From Syntrophales bacterium (GTDB taxonomy: Bacteria; Desulfobacterota; Syntrophia; Syntrophales; UBA2210), in NCBI GenBank assembly GCA_963666365.2, contig CAXXNF010000002.1, positions 2,048,001-2,112,000 on the forward strand: a stretch of DNA of 64,000 nt, read 5' to 3'. The translations under genes and the position numbers were made by a program. Shown here one piece after another: positions 58,676 to 64,000 of the stretch; the first letter of the stretch is position 1; each line of letters begins with the position of its first letter. The notes below the pieces were generated by a model. It saw nothing but the letters and a program-made list of their open reading frames with translations, made no database searches and was not told the origin of the DNA.

Positions 58676-58704
58676 TTGACAGTCATTATATTTTTTTATA
58701 GGCT
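58676..58704 (+). promoter_or_regulatory. sigma70-type promoter
   Basis: TTGACA-17 nt-TAGGCT. Confidence 0.55.
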
Positions 58705-58770
58705 GAAATTCGTCAGTCACTATAAAGAAGCACATGATATTATAGGGTTCAGTGGAAATAATTGGGAGAA

Positions 58771-59445
58771 ATGAACACCGGGAAAAAACTGAAACATGCC
58801 ATCCTGGAAAGTCCCTTTACGATCATGCTTGTTTATGCGCTTTTGAATCTTTATGCAAAAACGGTGAGAGTACGCATCGAAGAAAAAGAAATCATCTCCG
58901 AACACCTCAACGCGGGCGGTCGAGTGGTGCTCTGTTGCTGGCATCAGCGATTTTTTGGTGGTTTTTATCTTCCGAGGATGCTGAAACGTCCCCTTACGAT
59001 CATGATTTCACAGAGCAGCGACGGTACCCTCGTGTCCAGCGTGGTGGAACGCATAGGGTGGATTACGGTTCGTGGATCAAGCTCCCGAGGAGGACGGGAA
59101 GCACTGCGCGAAATGGTTCGAAATATGAACCGGTATGCCATCGGCGGGCACATCGCCGACGGCCCCACCGGGCCACCCCGTGTCATCAAATCGGGGATTG
59201 TGGTTTTGGCGCGCTTGTCGAAGGCCGCCATATGCCCCACCTATGTTCATTACCGCAACCCTTGGATTTTTAACAGCTGGGACCGCTTTATGGTACCAAA
59301 GCCATTCAGCAGCGTCTGTCTACGTTTCGGCAGCCTGGTTTTCGTTCCTGAGCATGCCTCCGCTGACGACATTGAGGCAGTGCGCATCCACATTGAAAAG
59401 CAGATGTACGATGAATATGAACGACGTGAGGGCGCGCGTGCCTGA
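58771..59445 (+). CDS. DUF374 lysophospholipid acyltransferase-like protein
   Basis: WH, S.S.DG, RGSSSRGG, DGP.GP, SWDRF.VP.PF. Confidence 0.88.
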   Translation: MNTGKKLKHAILESPFTIMLVYALLNLYAKTVRVRIEEKEIISEHLNAGGRVVLCCWHQRFFGGFYLPRMLKRPLTIMISQSSDGTLVSSVVERIGWITVRGSSSRGGREALREMVRNMNRYAIGGHIADGPTGPPRVIKSGIVVLARLSKAAICPTYVHYRNPWIFNSWDRFMVPKPFSSVCLRFGSLVFVPEHASADDIEAVRIHIEKQMYDEYERREGARA

Positions 59446-59970
59446 TCAGCAAATTCGTTGCATGGTCTCCCGGTAGAGCCGGGCAAGTTCCTGATAGAGG
59501 CGTACACCCTCTGCGGCATAACGGATCTGTTCGTCCGACGCCTTTCTGAGAATTTTTGCGGGGTTTCCGCCTGCAATCATCGCAGCGGGCACTTTCATTC
59601 CCCGGGGAACCACCGCACCTGCAGCAACAAAGGCATCTTCCTCACAGACAACATTAAAGAGAAGTACCGCACCCATGCCGATGACGACACGCGGGGCAAT
59701 CCGCACATCATGCAGGAGTGCGGAGTGTCCTATGATCACATCCCGCTCTATTGCCACTTCCGATCCCGGACTTACATGAATGACGGCATTATCCTGGAAG
59801 CTGACCCCCTGCGCCAGTCCTATGGGACCGAAATCACCGCGCAGCACCGCTCCAGGACCGATGAAACAGCGGGCGCCTATTGCAACATCGCCTATTACAA
59901 CGGCATCGGGATGGACAAAGGCCTCGGGAGAAATCCGCGGCGTCTTTCCTTTCAATTCGTAGATCGGCAT
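59446..59970 (-). CDS. Gamma carbonic anhydrase/PaaY-like protein
   Basis: IGDV.IG, LRGD, QDN..IH, IGH.A.LH. Confidence 0.88.
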   Translation of the reverse strand: MPIYELKGKTPRISPEAFVHPDAVVIGDVAIGARCFIGPGAVLRGDFGPIGLAQGVSFQDNAVIHVSPGSEVAIERDVIIGHSALLHDVRIAPRVVIGMGAVLLFNVVCEEDAFVAAGAVVPRGMKVPAAMIAGGNPAKILRKASDEQIRYAAEGVRLYQELARLYRETMQRIC

Positions 59971-60008
59971 GTCACATTTCTTGAACAGGCAAGTCTTTCA
60001 ACTTCCAA

Positions 60009-60989
60009 TCAAAGATTTCTGTCAAGGATATAATCGGCTATCGACAGGAGGGCACTGCGGGATTTCGTATCGGGAAAGGTGTTGATAGCATCTTTGGCCT
60101 GACTGATGAAGCCGGCGGCCTTTTCCCGCGCATAGTCGATGCCGCCATAGGCTTTTATGAACGCGATAATCGTCTTTACATCCTCATCACCGGCGGATTT
60201 CCTGGTCACAATATCCGTAATCAGCGTCTTCTCCGACTTTGATCCCTGGCTCAGCGCCCAGATAAGGGGAAGGGTCATTTTACCCTCTTTCAGATCCATT
60301 CCGATGGTCTTCCCGAAGTTTTTTTCCACCCCCACATAATCGAGGGTATCATCGGTCACCTGAAAACTTACGCCCAGTTTCATGCCGATTTCCCCAAGCA
60401 TATCAATGGATGCCCGAGGCGCTCCCGCCAGTGCCGCGCCAAGAGCGCAGGATGCCGACATGAGAACGGCCGTCTTTTTTTCTATGATGGAAAGATATTC
60501 CGCTTCACTGATCTCCGCATCACCGCTCTTGATGAACTGGATCGCCTCTCCCTCCACCATTGTGGTCGTGGCTGAGGATACAATTCTTTGCACTGTCGGA
60601 TCACCATCTTCCGCAAGAAGCCTGAAGGACGTCGCGTAGAGGTAGTCGCCCACAAGAATACTCGCCGTATTCCCCCACACTCTGTTTGCGGCGGCCTTGC
60701 CCCGCCTGATGTTGGCGTGGTCGATCACATCGTCGTGCAGAAGTGAGGCGGTATGAATAAACTCGATGACCGCAGCCATGGAGTAGCGACGGCTTTCATG
60801 ATATCCAAAGAGATCGGCGCTGATAATCAGCAGGAGGGGGCGCAGCCTCTTTCCGCCGCTCGCAATAATATGTTTTGAGATTTCCGGAATCAGCTTGACG
60901 TAAGAGTCCTGTTCCCTTTCGAGGAACTCCTCTACCATGTCCAAATCTTTTTCATACCTGCGTACTACATCGTCCATTTGCATAAACAC
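60009..60989 (-). CDS. ispB: Long-chain polyprenyl diphosphate synthase
   Basis: GGKRLRP, HTASLLHDDVID...RRG, FQV.DD.LD, DLKEGK.TLP. Confidence 0.9.
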   Translation of the reverse strand: MFMQMDDVVRRYEKDLDMVEEFLEREQDSYVKLIPEISKHIIASGGKRLRPLLLIISADLFGYHESRRYSMAAVIEFIHTASLLHDDVIDHANIRRGKAAANRVWGNTASILVGDYLYATSFRLLAEDGDPTVQRIVSSATTTMVEGEAIQFIKSGDAEISEAEYLSIIEKKTAVLMSASCALGAALAGAPRASIDMLGEIGMKLGVSFQVTDDTLDYVGVEKNFGKTIGMDLKEGKMTLPLIWALSQGSKSEKTLITDIVTRKSAGDEDVKTIIAFIKAYGGIDYAREKAAGFISQAKDAINTFPDTKSRSALLSIADYILDRNL

Positions 60990-61056
60990 ATAAACCTTAT
61001 ACCCTTAACCATCCGGACCATATAGTTCAAAGATGTAAAAAAGTCAAAGCTTTTCC

Positions 61057-61758
61057 TTATATTCGGGACGACGATTCCCCGGCGCACAAGGAATGGGAAC
61101 TAACAGGCTGGATACATTTCGGAATATCGTTTTGAGGGGAATTCACCAGCGTTGACACCTCGTATGCCTCCATTTCATTCGCCCTATAGGGTCTCAGCAG
61201 TTCGAAAAGCCTCGATTCACAGGTTTGGGCGGGATCGAGCCACTCGTCAAAAAAAGAAGGAGAAATTATGACGGGCATGCGATGGTGAATCGATGCCGTG
61301 AGCGAATTGGAAACGATGGTAATAATGGCACAGGTCATCGTGACAGCCTCCGACACTATCGATGGATCGTATATGGCGGCAAACCCGAAGGGTTTTTTAG
61401 ATTTGAGACGAATAAAGTAGGGGATTTTCGAACCTGCCCCACCTTTCCATTCATAATAACCGTCGGCAACGACAAGACAGCGTCGTTTCCTGAAGGCTTC
61501 TCGGAAACTGAGCTTGCGCGCCACCGTTTCAGCCCTTGCATTGATAATCGGCCTCACCGACTTTCCTTTGCCCGACCAGACAGGCGCCAACCCCCAGTGT
61601 AGAGTCGCCAGTTTTCTGGCATCGGTATGGAGCACCGCCGTAATCATACTTCCCGGAGCAATGTTGTAGCTTTTCCTGTTCTCGAACCCCTTTCCTTCAA
61701 CGGCACACAATTCTTCAATCTCGGCAAGATCGCTTACCATCACAAACCGACCGCACAC
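61057..61758 (-). CDS. SRAP (YedK/HMCES-family) abasic-site protection protein
   Basis: (M)CGRF from GTG at 61758, YNIAP, WGL, INAR.E, RRC...DGYYEW, H.RMP. Confidence 0.92.
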   Translation of the reverse strand: MCGRFVMVSDLAEIEELCAVEGKGFENRKSYNIAPGSMITAVLHTDARKLATLHWGLAPVWSGKGKSVRPIINARAETVARKLSFREAFRKRRCLVVADGYYEWKGGAGSKIPYFIRLKSKKPFGFAAIYDPSIVSEAVTMTCAIITIVSNSLTASIHHRMPVIISPSFFDEWLDPAQTCESRLFELLRPYRANEMEAYEVSTLVNSPQNDIPKCIQPVSSHSLCAGESSSRI

Positions 61759-62111
61759 AACCTCTCTCCCCTCCATGTTAAAAATAACACATGTCTTTGA
61801 TTATAGTGATAAAGAGGCGATGAACCCTACAGGTATCGCTTCGAATTTCATTCATTAATTGACTTATTGCGTCCAGTATCTTATAAGAAATGAATGCTCT
61901 AAGGCAACAGGCTTCTTTGCTTTTTTTCCTGGAGTGAAAGAAAAAGTAAACCGTGACAAATAAAAAGTGTAATCGAAGGTTGGTTCCCTGCCTGCACCAT
62001 GCGCACCTGTGGAAATGACGATGATGCGGGATTTAATTATTGCGAAAAAATTTCATATACAAGAAAATAAGGCTGTCTGACATTTTTTTCACCTTAACAA
62101 AGGAGCATCAT

Positions 62112-62546
62112 ATGTTTGAACGAATGCTTTACCCGACTGATTTTTCTGAGTTGTCAGAGAAGGCCCTCCCCTACGTTCTCACGCTGAAAGAGGCGGGAGC
62201 GCACACGATCATCCTGCTGCACGTGATCGACAGCAGCACCCTTGATGCCATGACTCACTATTCCCCTATCGATCTGCTGGAAACCCGGAAGCGGCTCAGA
62301 GATATGGCAGCGCAAAAAATCGAAGCCCTGGCGGCGCAATTTGAAAGCGCCGGGTTTTCGGTAGCAGTCAGAATCGAAGAAGGAATCCCCTTTCGGGAAA
62401 TCCTCCGCGTTGAACAGGAAGAACAGGTGACGAGCATCGTAATGGCATCCCACGGCAGCAGCAACATAAAGGAAATGCTCCTGGGATCGGTTTCCGAACA
62501 GGTGATCAGAAAAGCCAGGACACCGGTGATAGTGATCAAGCGATGA
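62112..62546 (+). CDS. Universal stress protein
   Basis: PTDFS, HV, G.P, IVM.SHG......LLGSV; AGGAG RBS before ATG 62112. Confidence 0.92.
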   Translation: MFERMLYPTDFSELSEKALPYVLTLKEAGAHTIILLHVIDSSTLDAMTHYSPIDLLETRKRLRDMAAQKIEALAAQFESAGFSVAVRIEEGIPFREILRVEQEEQVTSIVMASHGSSNIKEMLLGSVSEQVIRKARTPVIVIKR

Positions 62547-62645
62547 CATCTCCGGAATAGGGAATATACAAAGCCGTCTACAGCAAAAAAACACTGAAAG
62601 AAATTGCCGGGATCACGGCATGGTTAAAAAGGAGGAAAGAGTATT

Positions 62646-64000
62646 TTGAAGATACTGCGCGTCGATATGTCACAACTGAGGATGCAAATGGAAGATCTGC
62701 CCGAGGAGTGGAAGCTGATCGGGGGAAGAGGCCTGATCGCCAAAATCATGAACAAAGAGGTGCCGCCCGACACCGATCCGCTCGGACCGACAAATAAATT
62801 AATCATTGCCGCGGGACCGCTGGCGGGAACTATGGCGCCGCAAATGGGGCGCATATCGCTGGGATGTAAAAGCCCTCTGACATTGGGTATCAAAAAATCG
62901 AATGTAGGAGGGCCGACGGCGCAGAAGCTCGACAAGCTCGGCATTCGGTCAGTCATCATAGAAGGGGCGCCGCAAAACGGCGATTTGTATATTCTGAAAA
63001 TTTCCAAAGAGGGTGCGGCACTTGAAAAGGCTGATGGCTACAGGGGAATGAAGAATTACGCGCTTGCCGACGCACTGTACAAGAAGTACGGCGACAAGGT
63101 TACTCTGATTACCCTCGGCATCGCCGGAGAAAGAAAGTATAAAGGCGCCTCGATTTCTCTCGGAGACATCTACGGAGACCCCTCGCGGGCCGCAGGAAGA
63201 GGCGGTATCGGCGCCGTCATGGGGGCGAAAGGCCTCAAGGCCGTCGTGATCGACGCGGGCGACGCCGGCCAGGTGCCCCTTGCCGACCCCGCACGTTTCA
63301 GGGATACGGTGAGAAGTTGGGTAAACGTGCTCAAAAAAGACGTGGGCTGCGGCCTCTTTCACACCTTCGGGACGCCGCTGGCGGTTTCAAACCTCAGCAT
63401 GGTGGGAAGCATGCCCGCGAAGGGAAACACCTCGGGCAGACATGAGGAATTCAGAAAGGTCAGCGGCGATGCCATAAAAAACAATGTCTGGGAGCGGGGC
63501 GGCAAGATGCACGGCTGCATGCCGGGCTGCGTGGTCCAGTGTTCGATCATCTACAACGGACCCGATGGAAAACGACTCTGCTCCGCCCTTGAATACGAGG
63601 CTATCGGCCTTTTAGGAACGAATCTCGACATTGTGGACCTCGACGCCATCGCCCGCCTTAAATTTCTCTGCGACGATATCGGCCTCGACCTCATCGAAAT
63701 GGGCGGTTCTCTCGTCGTTTCAATAACCGGCGGCAAACTCAAGATGGGGGATGCCGAAGGGGCGATAAAACTTCTCGAGGAAATCGAAGCCGGAACGGAT
63801 TTCGGCGAAATTCTCGGGAACGGCGCCATAGCCACGGCAAAGGCGCTTTCCGTAAACCGGGTACCCGTGTTCAAGGGTCAGGCAATCCCCGCCCATGACG
63901 GCCGGGCCGCCAAAGGCATCGGCGTCACCTATGCCACCAGCCCCATGGGCGCCGATCACAACGCCGGTCTCACCTATAAGATGCCGGGATCGAAAACGGG
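62646..64000 (+). CDS. Tungsten aldehyde:ferredoxin oxidoreductase family (runs off the window's right edge)
   Basis: Not in ORF track; TTG start after AGGAGG. MKILRVDM, GGRGL, KSPLT, AAGRGG.GAVMG.K.LKA, CMPGCVVQC, EYE, CDD.GLD. Confidence 0.92.
   Translation, partial: MKILRVDMSQLRMQMEDLPEEWKLIGGRGLIAKIMNKEVPPDTDPLGPTNKLIIAAGPLAGTMAPQMGRISLGCKSPLTLGIKKSNVGGPTAQKLDKLGIRSVIIEGAPQNGDLYILKISKEGAALEKADGYRGMKNYALADALYKKYGDKVTLITLGIAGERKYKGASISLGDIYGDPSRAAGRGGIGAVMGAKGLKAVVIDAGDAGQVPLADPARFRDTVRSWVNVLKKDVGCGLFHTFGTPLAVSNLSMVGSMPAKGNTSGRHEEFRKVSGDAIKNNVWERGGKMHGCMPGCVVQCSIIYNGPDGKRLCSALEYEAIGLLGTNLDIVDLDAIARLKFLCDDIGLDLIEMGGSLVVSITGGKLKMGDAEGAIKLLEEIEAGTDFGEILGNGAIATAKALSVNRVPVFKGQAIPAHDGRAAKGIGVTYATSPMGADHNAGLTYKMPGSKT

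Overview
A gene-dense 64-kb chromosomal segment, most likely from an anaerobic deltaproteobacterium (Syntrophales/Desulfobacterota-like; inferred from gene families only). In order it contains: (1) an oxidative-stress cluster (flavin reductase-rubredoxin, ferritin-like protein, superoxide reductase, exported TlpA and peroxiredoxin, TIGR02757-like gene); (2) a CoA-dependent organic-acid catabolic locus (thiolase, 3-hydroxyacyl-CoA dehydrogenase, SDR, Liv-type ABC importer, acyl-CoA ligase, two-subunit CoA-transferase, NUDT19-like Nudix); (3) mixed genes including an SfsA::GIY-YIG fusion; (4) an AT-richer accessory module (PAS-PAS-LuxR, second binding protein, second ligase); (5) csp, acyl-CoA dehydrogenase, tandem ThyX, Ste24 and BudA; (6) pstSCAB-phoU-phoR-phoB with a clear Pho box; (7) an MFS/osmoprotectant ABC/acyltransferase cluster; (8) rplU-rpmA-obgE-proB; (9) housekeeping genes ending in a partial tungsten aldehyde:ferredoxin oxidoreductase. 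I found no tRNA, rRNA, CRISPR array, integrase or transposase. No novel system is demonstrated by the sequence alone. The best leads are long, highly base-paired non-coding leaders in the catabolic locus (especially 9584-9926), the accessory PAS-LuxR/binding-protein/ligase module, a uORF overlapping a terminator hairpin in the csp leader, and the SfsA::GIY-YIG fusion next to a SLOG gene. All family calls come from motif recognition by eye, with no database searches.
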